The position numbers were made by a program, and so were the translations under genes. DNA of 64,000 nt from Longimicrobiales bacterium (GTDB lineage Bacteria > Gemmatimonadota > Gemmatimonadetes > Longimicrobiales > Gaopeijiaceae), in the NCBI GenBank assembly GCA_965238005.1, contig OZ250165.1:4384001-4448000 (forward strand), read 5' to 3'. The notes beneath the pieces were generated by a model. The model worked only from the letters and a program-made list of their open reading frames with translations. It was not told where the DNA came from and ran no database searches. Below, one piece after another: positions 19,599-29,776 of this stretch (within the stretch, counting starts at the first letter, position 1; each line of letters opens with the position of its first letter).

Positions 19599-20837
19599 AT
19601 GGAGGAGACGTATTTTCGTAAGGGGTTCGGCCTCAAGTCCGAGGTTCAGCCCCTCATCGACTCCGAGTACCACTCGGCACTGGTACAGAGCATCCGCAGC
19701 CAGGGGCACGAGCAGGTATTGGGAGATGTGACGGTCCGTCTGGCCGAGGAGTTCGGCTTCTGCTACGGAGTCGACCGGGCCATCGACTACGCCTACGAGA
19801 CCCGTCACAAGTTCCCGGACAGGCGCATCTATCTGGTCGGGGAGATCATCCACAACCCGCACGTGAACCAGCGGATCCGCGACATGGGCATGGACTTCAT
19901 CCGACCCGACGACACCGGGACTTTCGACTTCTCACATGTGACGGCCCCGGACGTCGCGATCATGCCGGCCTTCGGCGTGACCCTGAGCGACTTCAGTACT
20001 CTAAAGGACATCGGTTGCATCCTCGTCGACACCACGTGCGGATCGGTGCTGCTGGTGTGGAAGCGAGTCGAGAGCTACGCGCGGGACGGGTTTACGGCCG
20101 CGATCCACGGCAAGCACTACCACGAAGAAACAAGGGCGACGGCCTCGCAGGTCCGCAAGCACGAGGGCGGCATGTACATCATCGTGCGAGACATGGACGA
20201 GGCGGAGATCCTCTGCGACTACATCGCCGGTCGGCCGCAGCGCCTGTCCAGGGCCGGCTTCATGGAGCACTTCCGCGAGAAGATCTCCGCCGGCTTCGAT
20301 CCGGACGTGGACCTCGGCAAGATCGGAGTCGCGAACCAGACGACCATGCTCGCCAACGAGTCGCTGGCCATCGGCCTCAGGATCCGGGAGGCGATGGTCG
20401 AGGGGCTCGGGGAGGCGTACACCCAGGAGAACTTCCGCTCCTTCGGGACGATCTGCTCCGCGACGCAGGAGCGGCAGGATGCCGTCGAGAAGATGATGGA
20501 GGACCGGCCACCCGACGTCATGATCGTCATCGGCGGATACAACTCCTCCAACACCGACCACCTGGCGCACCTGTGCAGGAAGTTCACCGCGACCTATCAC
20601 ATCGAGGACGCGGCATGCATCGACGTAGACGAGGGCACCATACGCCACAAGCCGGACCTGGGTGGCGACACCCCTGAGCGGGTGGAGACGGACTGGCTGC
20701 CGGACGGGCCCTTCGAGCTGGGAATAACGGCAGGAGCGTCGACGCCGAACAACAAGATGGGCGAAGCCCTCGTGCGGATCATGCAGCTCCGCGGTATGGA
20801 GTCCGCGCTGTCCGAGGGAGGGGTCGAGCTGGTCTAG
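19599..20837 (+). CDS. ispH: 4-hydroxy-3-methylbut-2-enyl diphosphate reductase
   Basis: FGFCYGV, IIHNPHVN, DTTC, H.E, NQTT, TICSATQERQ, SSN, AGASTP. Confidence 0.92.
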   Translation: MEETYFRKGFGLKSEVQPLIDSEYHSALVQSIRSQGHEQVLGDVTVRLAEEFGFCYGVDRAIDYAYETRHKFPDRRIYLVGEIIHNPHVNQRIRDMGMDFIRPDDTGTFDFSHVTAPDVAIMPAFGVTLSDFSTLKDIGCILVDTTCGSVLLVWKRVESYARDGFTAAIHGKHYHEETRATASQVRKHEGGMYIIVRDMDEAEILCDYIAGRPQRLSRAGFMEHFREKISAGFDPDVDLGKIGVANQTTMLANESLAIGLRIREAMVEGLGEAYTQENFRSFGTICSATQERQDAVEKMMEDRPPDVMIVIGGYNSSNTDHLAHLCRKFTATYHIEDAACIDVDEGTIRHKPDLGGDTPERVETDWLPDGPFELGITAGASTPNNKMGEALVRIMQLRGMESALSEGGVELV

Positions 20838-20887
20838 GAGCCTGGTCTAGTGTCTTTGCGCGGGCTCCGGTTCGGGCGCGGAGGCCT

Positions 20888-22291
20888 CTAGATGTGGATC
20901 GGCCGGCCCAGAGCCGCCAGTGCCCCTTCTGCAATGGCCTCGGAGAGGGTCGGGTGGGGGTGCATGGCCCGGTCCATCTCGTCGACGGTGGATTCCAGGT
21001 GACGCCCGACGACGAACTCTCCGATGAGCTCCGTCGCGTGCGGACCCACGATGTGGGCGCCCAGGATCTCCGAGTACTTCTTGTCTCGGATCACCTTCAC
21101 GAAGCCCTCTGTGTGCCCCGCGGTGATGGCGCGTCCATTGCCGACCCACAGGAACTTGCCCACTTCGATCTCGTGTCCCTCGTCGAGAGCCTCCTCCTCC
21201 GTGAGGCCGACGGAGGCCACCTCCGGATGGCAGTACGTGCAGTTGGGGACGTTCCGATAATCCACGGACCCGTGTCCCTGGCCGGCGATGGCCTCGACAC
21301 AGATCACTCCCTCGTGCATGGCCTTGTGCGCCAGGAGTTGGTTTCCGGCGCAGTCGCCCAGCGCATAGACGCCGGGGATGTTGGTCCGCATCAAGTCATC
21401 CACCGCGAAGAACCCGCCCTCGTCGAGCTCGACACCCGCCACCTCGAGACCGAGGTCCGAGGTGTTCGGCACGCGACCCACCGCCGAGAGGGCGTTCTGC
21501 ACGGCCAGGGTCCGCTCGGCGCCCTTCTTGTCCTTGAAGGTCAAGAGTACCGACTTCTCGCCGATCTCGGCCCCCTCCACCATGGCTCCGGTGAAGAAAT
21601 CCACGCCACGCTTCTTGAAGCTGCGCTCCACGGCGGCCGAAGAGTCCTTGTCCTCCAGCGGGAGGATGCGATCCAACGCCTCGATGACCGTGACCTTGGC
21701 GCCGAAGGCCTCGAAGACGTCAGCGAACTCCATGCCCACCGCGCCGGCGCCGACGACGGCCAGCGACTCCGGAGCCTCCGTCTGAAGGAGGGCGCCGGTG
21801 GACGACCATACGCGGTCCTCGTCGATGGGTAGGACCGGGATGTCCCTCGGCCGTGATCCGGTCGCGAGAATGATGTGTGCGGCCGAGTAGGACTCCTTGG
21901 AGCCGTCGGCGGCCTCCACTTCGACCTTGCCCTCGCCCAGAAGCCGGCCTCGGCCCTCGAGGTGGGTCACCTTGTTCTTCTTGAACAGGTGTCCCACGCC
22001 CTTGGCCAGCTGCCCGGCGATGGCCCTGCTGCGCTCCTGTGCCGGACCCAGGTCGGCCTTCACCTCGTCGAAGGTGATGCCATGGGAAGCCGCCGTTTTC
22101 AGCTCGTTCACGAGGGCGGCACTGGTGAGGAGGGCCTTGGTGGGAATACAGCCGATGTTCAGGCACACCCCCCCGAGCTCGTCCTCCTCGACGCACGCCG
22201 TGCTCAGCCCCAACTGAGCCGCCCGTATGGCCGCCACGTAACCGCCGGGGCCCCCACCGATGATGAGAACGTCGAAGTTCTTCTCTGACAC
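20888..22291 (-). CDS. lpdA: Dihydrolipoyl dehydrogenase (E3)
   Basis: GGGPGGY, GGVCLNIGCIPTK, HPHPTLSE. Confidence 0.95.
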   Translation of the reverse strand: MSEKNFDVLIIGGGPGGYVAAIRAAQLGLSTACVEEDELGGVCLNIGCIPTKALLTSAALVNELKTAASHGITFDEVKADLGPAQERSRAIAGQLAKGVGHLFKKNKVTHLEGRGRLLGEGKVEVEAADGSKESYSAAHIILATGSRPRDIPVLPIDEDRVWSSTGALLQTEAPESLAVVGAGAVGMEFADVFEAFGAKVTVIEALDRILPLEDKDSSAAVERSFKKRGVDFFTGAMVEGAEIGEKSVLLTFKDKKGAERTLAVQNALSAVGRVPNTSDLGLEVAGVELDEGGFFAVDDLMRTNIPGVYALGDCAGNQLLAHKAMHEGVICVEAIAGQGHGSVDYRNVPNCTYCHPEVASVGLTEEEALDEGHEIEVGKFLWVGNGRAITAGHTEGFVKVIRDKKYSEILGAHIVGPHATELIGEFVVGRHLESTVDEMDRAMHPHPTLSEAIAEGALAALGRPIHI

Positions 22292-22528
22292 GCCCTACTC
22301 TCCTTCGAAGAACGAGCTACAAATGTTTGCTCCCGGTTCCGGCCCCCTGGATCGACCCCGGGAGAATGGCTTTGGAAGTTAGATGGGGCGCATGGGCAGG
22401 TAAACCCTCTCCGGGAGCTCTCAGAAGAGAAGTCGAGCGGCAGGCGTATTCCTTTACAGTTCGAGGAGCCGGGACCTATTCTGGTACAGATTCCGCCCGT
22501 CCCCTCACTCGTCGGGTAGGAGGGTCAA

Positions 22529-23086
22529 ATGTGGGAATTGATCGTGGTTGCCGCCGTCGTTCTCGGCGGCGTCGGGCTGTACAACTCCCTCGTGAAGCTC
22601 AGGGAGCAGGCGGAGGCGGCTTGGGCGGACATCGACGTCCAGCTCAAGCGCAGATACGACCTGATCCCCAACGTCGTGGAGACCGTGAAGGGCTATGCGG
22701 CCCATGAGCAGAAGACCCTGGAGGCGGTGGTGCAGGCTCGATCCTCCGCCATGTCCGCCCAGGGGCCGGCGCAGAAGGGACAGGCCGAGGGCATGCTGGC
22801 GGGAGCCCTCAAGTCGTTGTTCGCTCTGGCCGAGGCGTATCCGGACCTGAAGGCCGCCGGAGGCTTCCAGGACCTTCAGGGTACCCTGGCAGACCTGGAG
22901 GACTCCGTTCAGAACGCCCGTCGTTACTACAATGCCGTGGTTCGGGACTACAACACGAAGATCCACTCGGTGCCATCGAACCTGGTCGCCAAGAGCTTCA
23001 ACTTCGCGGAGCGGGAGTTCTTCGAGATCCCGGAAGCCGAAAAGGCCGTGCCTAAGGTGAAGTTCACCGACGACGGCGACGAGTGA
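22529..23086 (+). CDS. lemA: LemA family protein
   Basis: YNSLV, W.DIDVQLKRR.DLIPN, EAYPDLKA, ARRYYN. Confidence 0.92.
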   Translation: MWELIVVAAVVLGGVGLYNSLVKLREQAEAAWADIDVQLKRRYDLIPNVVETVKGYAAHEQKTLEAVVQARSSAMSAQGPAQKGQAEGMLAGALKSLFALAEAYPDLKAAGGFQDLQGTLADLEDSVQNARRYYNAVVRDYNTKIHSVPSNLVAKSFNFAEREFFEIPEAEKAVPKVKFTDDGDE

Positions 23087-24873
23087 TACGTCCGGACCCG
23101 ATCATGATGCGAACCGTCGGGCGGCGCCTCGGAGCCACCCTAGTGGCGGTGGTCGCGCTGGCGGCGGGCGGCGGCCCGCTCTCCGCGCAATCGAAGCAGC
23201 TCGAGATCGAGCGCTTCGACGCAGAGATCACCGTGGCGGAGAGCGGACGGGTCCACGTTTCCGAAGCGATCCGATTCCGATTCACGGGCTCCTGGAACGG
23301 GGTGTACCGGGATATCCCCGTGGTCTACGAGACCCCCAGCGGCTTCAATCTCCGACTCGCGCTGGACATACGCTCCGTCACGGCCGAGGACGGAACGGCT
23401 CTCCGATACGAGGAGAGCCGGGAACGCCATTCCAAAAGGATCAAGATCTGGGTGCCCGGCGCCAACAACGCCATCAGGACGGTCAACATCCAGTACTCCT
23501 CGCCGAACGCGCTTCGCTTCATCGACGCCGACGAGAGCGAGTTCGAGGCCGGCCACGACGAGCTCTACTGGAACGTGACCGGTGACGAGTGGGAGATCCC
23601 CATCCGCGCCGCCAGCGCTCGGATCGTGGTTCCACCGGAAGTGGCCGGCCTCAGGGCCCGCGTCTATACGGGTGGCTTCGGCTCGACGTCGGCAAACGCC
23701 CGGATGAGAGAAATAGAATCTGGCTTCTATTTTGAGACGACGAGCCCATTGGGTATGCGGGAGGGGATGACCGTCTCCCTGGCCTGGGATCCGGGCGTCA
23801 TCGCGCGACCCACGGGGGCCCAGGGGGTGAGCCGGTTTTTTTTGGCCAATTGGATCTTCCTCCTGCCCGTCGTGAGCTTCGTCTTCATGCTCCAGCTCTG
23901 GCGCACTCGCGGACGTGATCCGGCACGCCGGCCCATCCCGCCCCAGTACAAGCCACCCGAGGGCCTCACGCCCGCCGAGATGGGCACGCTCATCGACAAC
24001 AGTCCGGACATGCGGGACATCACCGCCTCCATGGTCGACCTGGCAGTCCGCGGTTACATCAAGATCGAGGAGCACGAGCGAACCGGTTTAGTGGCCATGT
24101 TCAAGGGCACTTCCTACTCGTTCCGGCTTCTCAAGGAGCTCGATGAGTGGTCGGAGCTGCAACCGCACGAGCGCTCTCTCATGAGCGGCCTGTTCAACGG
24201 GGGATACCTCAAGACCGTCGACCTCGACGACCTGGAGAACGACTTCTACAAGCACCTGGACAAGATCAAGGACGGGCTCTACTCGCGGCTCCTGGCTCTC
24301 GGATTCTACCACCGCCGTCCCGACCACGTCTCGAGAGCATACGTGGGCGGCGGCATCGCCCTCACGGTCTTCCTCATGTTGGGGTTGAGGTTCTTCAGCG
24401 ACGCCCTCTCCCTTTCCCTCGGAGCGAGCCTGCTTGCGGCCATCTTGAGCGCCGTTCCCGTCATCGGCTTCGGTCTCGTCATGCCCGCCCGAACGGTGAA
24501 GGGAACCCGGCAGCTCGAGCACATCCTCGGATTCCAGGAGTTTCTCGATCGGGTCGAGGCGGACCACTTCCGCCGCATGATCGACTCACCGGAGATGTTC
24601 GAGCGGTATCTGCCCCACGCCATGGCCCTGCAGGTGGAGAAGAAGTGGGCCCGAGCGTTCGAGGACATGTACAAGGAGCCCCCCGACTGGTACTCCGGCC
24701 CGGCCGGGCGTCACTTCCGGCCCACGATCTTCGTCTCGGACCTGGGGAGCATGACCGGGCGGGTGGGGAGTGCCATGACCTCCCAGCCGCGGAGCAGCGG
24801 CGGCTCGGGATTCGGCGGCGGGGGCGGCTTCAGCGGAGGTCGGTTCGGGGGCGGAGGCGGCGGCGGCTTCTAG
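23083..24873 (+). CDS. DUF2207 domain membrane protein
   Basis: Signal peptide, ELYWNVTG.EW, VDLAVRGY, YLPHAMAL, Gly-rich C-terminus; follows lemA. Confidence 0.85.
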   Translation: MIRPDPIMMRTVGRRLGATLVAVVALAAGGGPLSAQSKQLEIERFDAEITVAESGRVHVSEAIRFRFTGSWNGVYRDIPVVYETPSGFNLRLALDIRSVTAEDGTALRYEESRERHSKRIKIWVPGANNAIRTVNIQYSSPNALRFIDADESEFEAGHDELYWNVTGDEWEIPIRAASARIVVPPEVAGLRARVYTGGFGSTSANARMREIESGFYFETTSPLGMREGMTVSLAWDPGVIARPTGAQGVSRFFLANWIFLLPVVSFVFMLQLWRTRGRDPARRPIPPQYKPPEGLTPAEMGTLIDNSPDMRDITASMVDLAVRGYIKIEEHERTGLVAMFKGTSYSFRLLKELDEWSELQPHERSLMSGLFNGGYLKTVDLDDLENDFYKHLDKIKDGLYSRLLALGFYHRRPDHVSRAYVGGGIALTVFLMLGLRFFSDALSLSLGASLLAAILSAVPVIGFGLVMPARTVKGTRQLEHILGFQEFLDRVEADHFRRMIDSPEMFERYLPHAMALQVEKKWARAFEDMYKEPPDWYSGPAGRHFRPTIFVSDLGSMTGRVGSAMTSQPRSSGGSGFGGGGGFSGGRFGGGGGGGF

Positions 24874-24916
24874 TGTGTCCCCTTGCCACGGCGGCTGGTC
24901 CCTCGTGCGCCGGCCT

Positions 24917-26311
24917 TTAGCCGACTACCGACGGCTCAGGCTGCGCCTCGACCACTTGGTCGGTCTGAACCCTCCGCTGCTGCGCCCGCCCCAGGGCGAC
25001 ACAGAGCATGGCCCACATACCCGCCATCGGCACCGTGGCCGCCGCAACCCACGCTAGCGTCATTCCCATCGCCGCGAACAGCCCGTCCACGCCCACCCCG
25101 GCCACGTCCCCGCCGCGATAGAGGAATACGTCCACCACCGGCTTCGCCTTGTACTTCTCCGAGGGCGAGACCACGCTGAACAGGGTCTCCCGGGCGGGCC
25201 TGGACACCGCGTAGCGAGTCGCGCGGTGAACAGCCTGGAAGATGGCCATCACCCCGTAGAGGGTCCAAATGGAGAGGATGGCGAAGCCGGCCATGGTCAC
25301 GAGTGGGAGGATGGCGAGCGTCCAGCCGACTCCGATGCGCTTGATCACCTGCGTCGTCACGAAGATCTGGGTGAGCAGCGTAGCGACCTGAGCCAGCATG
25401 TCGAACCGCGCGAAGCCGGACACCCTCTGGCTGAAGGTGTCCGTGTTTTCGAGGATTACGTTCGCCTGGGTGAAGTAGATCAACGTGTTCGAGATCGCCA
25501 TCAGCACGATGTACGCGCCGATCCCCAGCAGGTACGGCGAAGTCGCGACGGCTTTCGCCCCCTCCCAGAACGTCCCCCCGATCTCCTCACGAGACGGAGC
25601 CTGACCCTCGGTCAGCGACGCCGCTGAGCCCTCTACCGTGAGTCGAGAGTGCTCGGAGGCGAGGGCGAGGCGGTCCAGCACGAGCATCACGACGATGGCG
25701 GCCCCGAAGAGAGCCGCGCCGGTCAGCATGAGGCCCGCGGGTAGATAGACCGACTCGGTCATGCGACTGATGGCATTCGTCACCGAGCCGCCGACGAGGG
25801 CTCCGAGGGTACCGCCGATGCCGACGAAGGCGAACAGCCTCTTGCCCTGGTCGATGTCGAAGATGTCGACCATGAAGGCCCAGAAGACGCTGGTCACGAA
25901 CAGGTTGATTGCGCTGAGCCAGACGAAGAAGACGTAGCCGACCACCCGAGCCACGGAGGTCTCGGCATCGGTCCCGATGAGCCCACCCCCGGCGGCGGCA
26001 TCCGCGATGAGCATCCCCGAGAACACGAACAGGCACAGGATCACGAAGAGGTAGGCCACCGGGATGAAGCGCCGGCGGTTCATGCTCGCCACGACCCCCC
26101 CGAACGCGAGCACCAGCACCAGGGACACCCCGGACGTTCCCACGAAGAGCCAACGGAGCTCGGCCATGCCCCGCGACACCCCCATGGCGTCTCGCACGGG
26201 GCGGAGAAAGTAGTAACCGCACAGCACGCAGAAGAAGAAGACCACCGACAGGAGGGCGAGCGGCAGCTCCTCCTTCCTGATGTTCAGAATGCGCGCAAAG
26301 GAATCGGCCAC
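24917..26311 (-). CDS. NTP/NDP exchange (TLC/AAA-like) MFS transporter
   Basis: YYFLRPVRDAMG, NLFVTSVFW.FM.D.F, RPARETLF, EKYKAK..D..YRGGD; about 12 TM segments. Confidence 0.8.
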   Translation of the reverse strand: MADSFARILNIRKEELPLALLSVVFFFCVLCGYYFLRPVRDAMGVSRGMAELRWLFVGTSGVSLVLVLAFGGVVASMNRRRFIPVAYLFVILCLFVFSGMLIADAAAGGGLIGTDAETSVARVVGYVFFVWLSAINLFVTSVFWAFMVDIFDIDQGKRLFAFVGIGGTLGALVGGSVTNAISRMTESVYLPAGLMLTGAALFGAAIVVMLVLDRLALASEHSRLTVEGSAASLTEGQAPSREEIGGTFWEGAKAVATSPYLLGIGAYIVLMAISNTLIYFTQANVILENTDTFSQRVSGFARFDMLAQVATLLTQIFVTTQVIKRIGVGWTLAILPLVTMAGFAILSIWTLYGVMAIFQAVHRATRYAVSRPARETLFSVVSPSEKYKAKPVVDVFLYRGGDVAGVGVDGLFAAMGMTLAWVAAATVPMAGMWAMLCVALGRAQQRRVQTDQVVEAQPEPSVVG

Positions 26312-26405
26312 GATTCTGTAACCCCGGAGTTCGTGAAAGGAACTCTTCAGGCGGCCGGAGCACGCCGAAGGCCCGAAAACCTAGGGATCCCCAGCCAGCG
26401 GCGCA

Positions 26406-27704
26406 TCAGAGCAGGATCGCGGCCGGCTCCTCCAACATCCCTTTGAGGGTGGCCAGAAAGCGCGCGCCGGTGGCGCCGTCGATCACCCGATGGTCGCAGC
26501 TCATTGTGATGCGCATGCGACTGCGGACCACCACCTCGCCGTCCTCCACCACCGGGATCTCCTCTACGCCCCCGATGGCCAGGATGCCGGCCTCGGGCGG
26601 ATTGATGACCGCCGTGAACTCGTGAATGCCGAACATGCCGAGATTGGAGATGGTAAACGTGGCCCCCATGTACTCCTCGGGCTGGAGCTTCCGCTCCCGG
26701 GCGCGGCCCACCATCTCCCTGACCTCCGCGGCGATCTGGGCCACACCCTTGGCGTCGGCGTCTCTCACGATGGGGGTGATGAGCCCGTCCTCCACCGTCA
26801 CCGCAACCCCGATGTGCACCCGGTTGAAGAGTCGGATGGAATCGCCGAGCCAGTGGGCGTTGCACGCGGGATGACGGCGCAGAGCCGCGGCAGTGGCCCG
26901 TATGATGAGGTCGTTCAGCGAGACCTTCTGCCCCTCGGGCTCCAACATGGCGTTGATGCTGCGGCGCGCCTCGACGGCCCGACCCATGTCCACGTCGATG
27001 GTGAGGAAGAAGTGTGGGATCGGACCGATGGACTCGCTGAGGCGTCGGGCGATCGTCTTCCTCATCTGGCTGAGGGAGACGTCCTCGTAGTCGGCGTCCG
27101 ACATGGGTCGCGACGGCACGGGTGCCGGGGCCGGCGCGGTGGCTACGCCCTCTGCAAGTGCGGCCTCGATGTCGCGTTTGACGATGCGGCCGGCGGGGCC
27201 AGATCCGGATACAGCCGCCAGGTCGAGACCCGAGTCGGCGGCCAGGCGCCTGGCGAGCGGAGACGCCTTGATCCGCCCTCCGTCGCCGGTCGCCGGGGCC
27301 GGAGCAACCTCGGTGGTGACGGCTTCGGCCGGGGCAGCCACCTCGGCCGTCGCTTCGGCAGGAGCGGGCCCGGCAGGGGCCGCCGCGGTACCTGCCGCCT
27401 CGCTCGTATCGGCTGTGGTCTCCGAGCTCGCCGCCACGCCCGCACCGAACTCGGAGATGTCTTCGTCGGCACCGGCGATCACCGCGATCACGTCCCCGAC
27501 AGGGGCCGTGCCGCCCTCCGCCACGAAGATGGCCCGCACAACTCCGTCCCCACGAGCCGACAGCTCCATGGTGGCCTTGTCCGTCTCGATCTCGGCGAGG
27601 ATGTCGCCGCTGGTGACTTCGTCCCCCTCGGACTTGAGCCACTTCACGACCTGTCCCTCCTCCATCGTGGGGGAGAGGGCTTCCATGTGAACCTTGGTCG
27701 CCAT
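26406..27704 (-). CDS. pdhC: Pyruvate dehydrogenase E2 (dihydrolipoamide acetyltransferase)
   Basis: Lipoyl ETDKATME, ASPLARR, SNLGMFG, DHRVIDG. Confidence 0.93.
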   Translation of the reverse strand: MATKVHMEALSPTMEEGQVVKWLKSEGDEVTSGDILAEIETDKATMELSARGDGVVRAIFVAEGGTAPVGDVIAVIAGADEDISEFGAGVAASSETTADTSEAAGTAAAPAGPAPAEATAEVAAPAEAVTTEVAPAPATGDGGRIKASPLARRLAADSGLDLAAVSGSGPAGRIVKRDIEAALAEGVATAPAPAPVPSRPMSDADYEDVSLSQMRKTIARRLSESIGPIPHFFLTIDVDMGRAVEARRSINAMLEPEGQKVSLNDLIIRATAAALRRHPACNAHWLGDSIRLFNRVHIGVAVTVEDGLITPIVRDADAKGVAQIAAEVREMVGRARERKLQPEEYMGATFTISNLGMFGIHEFTAVINPPEAGILAIGGVEEIPVVEDGEVVVRSRMRITMSCDHRVIDGATGARFLATLKGMLEEPAAILL

Positions 27705-27719
27705 GATCAGATGGGTCGC

Positions 27720-28700
27720 TTACACATAGAGCACCTTCTTGCACGCCTCGACGACGCGTCCGGCGCTGGGCTTGCTCCAGGCCTCCAGCTTCTTGTTGTA
27801 CGGCATGGGGATGTCGGCCTGGGTAACGCGCAGGACCGGCGCGTCGAGATCGTCGAAGGCCTCCTCCATGAGGATGGAGACGATCTGGGCGCCGATCCCT
27901 ACGTAGGGAAAGCCATCTTCAACGTAGACGGCCCGGTTCGTCCTTGCCACGGTCTCCAGAATGGCATCCACGTCGAGAGGACGGAGGGACCGAAGGTCCA
28001 GCACGTCGGCCTCGATCCCCTCCTTGGCCAGCTCGCCCGCCGCCTGCAGCGCTACGTGTACCATCCTGCCGTGGGTGATGATGGACACGTCGTCGCCCTG
28101 GCGCTTCCGGTCCGCCAGTCCCAGGGGAACGATGAAGTCTTCGTCGTCGGGAACCTCTCCCTTCACGTTGTAGAGGAGCTCACCCTCCATGACGGCCACG
28201 GGGTCGTTGTCGCGGATGGCGGCCTTGAGCAGTCCCTTCGCGTCCGCAGGCGTGGCAGGCGTGACGACCTTCACCCCGGGGGCATGCACGTACCAGGTCT
28301 CGCAGGCCTGGGAATGCTGCGCGCCGAGCTGGAGGGCGGCTCCCGTCGGACCTCGAAACACCATGGGAATCCCGATCTGCCCGCCACTCATGTGGAGCAT
28401 CTTGGAGGCGCTGTTGATGACCTGATCCAGGGCCAGGATGGAGAAGTTGAAGGTCATGAACTCGACGATGGGCCGGAGGCCCAGCATGGCCGCGCCCACT
28501 CCGAGCCCCGTGAAACCGAGCTCGCTGATGGGGGTGTCCACGACCCGCTTATCTCCGAAGCGCTCGAGCAGGCCCCGGGAGACCTTGTAGGCACCGTCGT
28601 ACTCGGCCACCTCCTCACCCAGGAGGAAAACGGAGTCGTCTCGCTCCATCTCCTCGGCGAGGGCGTCGTTAAGCGCGTCTCTATACGTCAGTTCTGCCAT
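27720..28700 (-). CDS. pdhB: Pyruvate dehydrogenase E1 beta
   Basis: GEEV..Y.GAYKV, DTPISE, EFMTFNF, AQHSQ, DLRSLRPLD. Confidence 0.93.
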   Translation of the reverse strand: MAELTYRDALNDALAEEMERDDSVFLLGEEVAEYDGAYKVSRGLLERFGDKRVVDTPISELGFTGLGVGAAMLGLRPIVEFMTFNFSILALDQVINSASKMLHMSGGQIGIPMVFRGPTGAALQLGAQHSQACETWYVHAPGVKVVTPATPADAKGLLKAAIRDNDPVAVMEGELLYNVKGEVPDDEDFIVPLGLADRKRQGDDVSIITHGRMVHVALQAAGELAKEGIEADVLDLRSLRPLDVDAILETVARTNRAVYVEDGFPYVGIGAQIVSILMEEAFDDLDAPVLRVTQADIPMPYNKKLEAWSKPSAGRVVEACKKVLYV

Positions 28701-28711
28701 CGGTCCCTCGG

Positions 28712-29776
28712 CTACTGCCCTCGGCCGTCGAAGAAGAGACGGCCGTGCGGGTTGATCTCTGAGTAGACGTGATCGTGGAGGCTCGTCGGGTCGGGTTCTG
28801 GTGCCGCTTCGGCGAACTCCTGGGCGGCGTCGACGATCTCCCGGACCTCGGCGTCCATGGCCTCGAGCTCCTCCTGGCTGAGAAGGTCCGCAGCCAAGAG
28901 CCGATCCCGCAGGATCTTGATGGGGTCGGCGTTCTCGGTCCGGTCGTCCACCTCTTCCCTGGACCGGTACGTGCCGGACACCGGATCCGACATGGAGTGG
29001 CCCTTGAAGCGGTAGCACTGCACATCCACGAACTGGGGCCCACTTCCGCCGCGCACCTGCTGGACGATCTCTTCGAAGGCCTTGTAGGTGGTGATGACGT
29101 CCTGCCCGTCCACCACCGTGGCCGGAACGCCGTGGGCCGCGGACTTCGAAGCCATCTCGGTCTTCGAAACCCTGGAGAACTTGGTCCCCATGCCGTAGGA
29201 GTTGTTCTCCACCACGTAGATGACGGGCAGGTTCCAGATGGCCGCCATGTTCATGGATTCGTGGAACGCGCCCTGGTTCACGGCCGCGTCCCCCATGAAG
29301 CACATGCAGACTTGATCGCCGCCCCGGTAGTGGATGGCGAACGCAATCCCCAGTGCCAAGCCGGTCTGCGCGCCGACGATGGCGTGACCGCCCATGAACC
29401 CCACGTCGGCGCCGAACATGTGCATGGAGCCGCCCATCCCGCCGGAAGCGCCGGCGGCCTTCCCGTAGAGCTCTGCCATGACGGCGTCGGGTGACACGCC
29501 CTTGGCGAGCGCCTGCGTGTGGTCCCGGTATGCGGTGATTACGTAGTCGTCATCCCGAAGCGGAAGAATGCAACCGGCCGCCACCGCCTCCTGCCCGATG
29601 TGCAGGTGACAGAAGCCGCCGATCTTCCCGATCGCGTAGCCCTCATCGGCCTTCTCCTCGAAGCGCCGATAGAGCAGCATCTCGTGGAGAATCTGGTGGA
29701 GCCTGTCCTTGGAGAGGCCTTCCAGCTCCGGACCTCCGTTGGTCGCCTTCCTCCGCGACGTTTTGGCCTCGGTCAT
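28712..29776 (-). CDS. pdhA: Pyruvate dehydrogenase E1 alpha
   Basis: GFCHLHIGQEA, YRDH, GGSMH, GDAAVNQG...ENN, YRFKGHSMSD. Confidence 0.93.
   Translation of the reverse strand: MTEAKTSRRKATNGGPELEGLSKDRLHQILHEMLLYRRFEEKADEGYAIGKIGGFCHLHIGQEAVAAGCILPLRDDDYVITAYRDHTQALAKGVSPDAVMAELYGKAAGASGGMGGSMHMFGADVGFMGGHAIVGAQTGLALGIAFAIHYRGGDQVCMCFMGDAAVNQGAFHESMNMAAIWNLPVIYVVENNSYGMGTKFSRVSKTEMASKSAAHGVPATVVDGQDVITTYKAFEEIVQQVRGGSGPQFVDVQCYRFKGHSMSDPVSGTYRSREEVDDRTENADPIKILRDRLLAADLLSQEELEAMDAEVREIVDAAQEFAEAAPEPDPTSLHDHVYSEINPHGRLFFDGRGQ

Noticed and set aside
26490..28766. 758-aa plus-strand ORF, and similar long antisense ORFs at 42986-44911, 46414-48480 and 58876-60261
   Set aside because: Shadow frames of well-supported opposite-strand genes, expected in GC-rich DNA.
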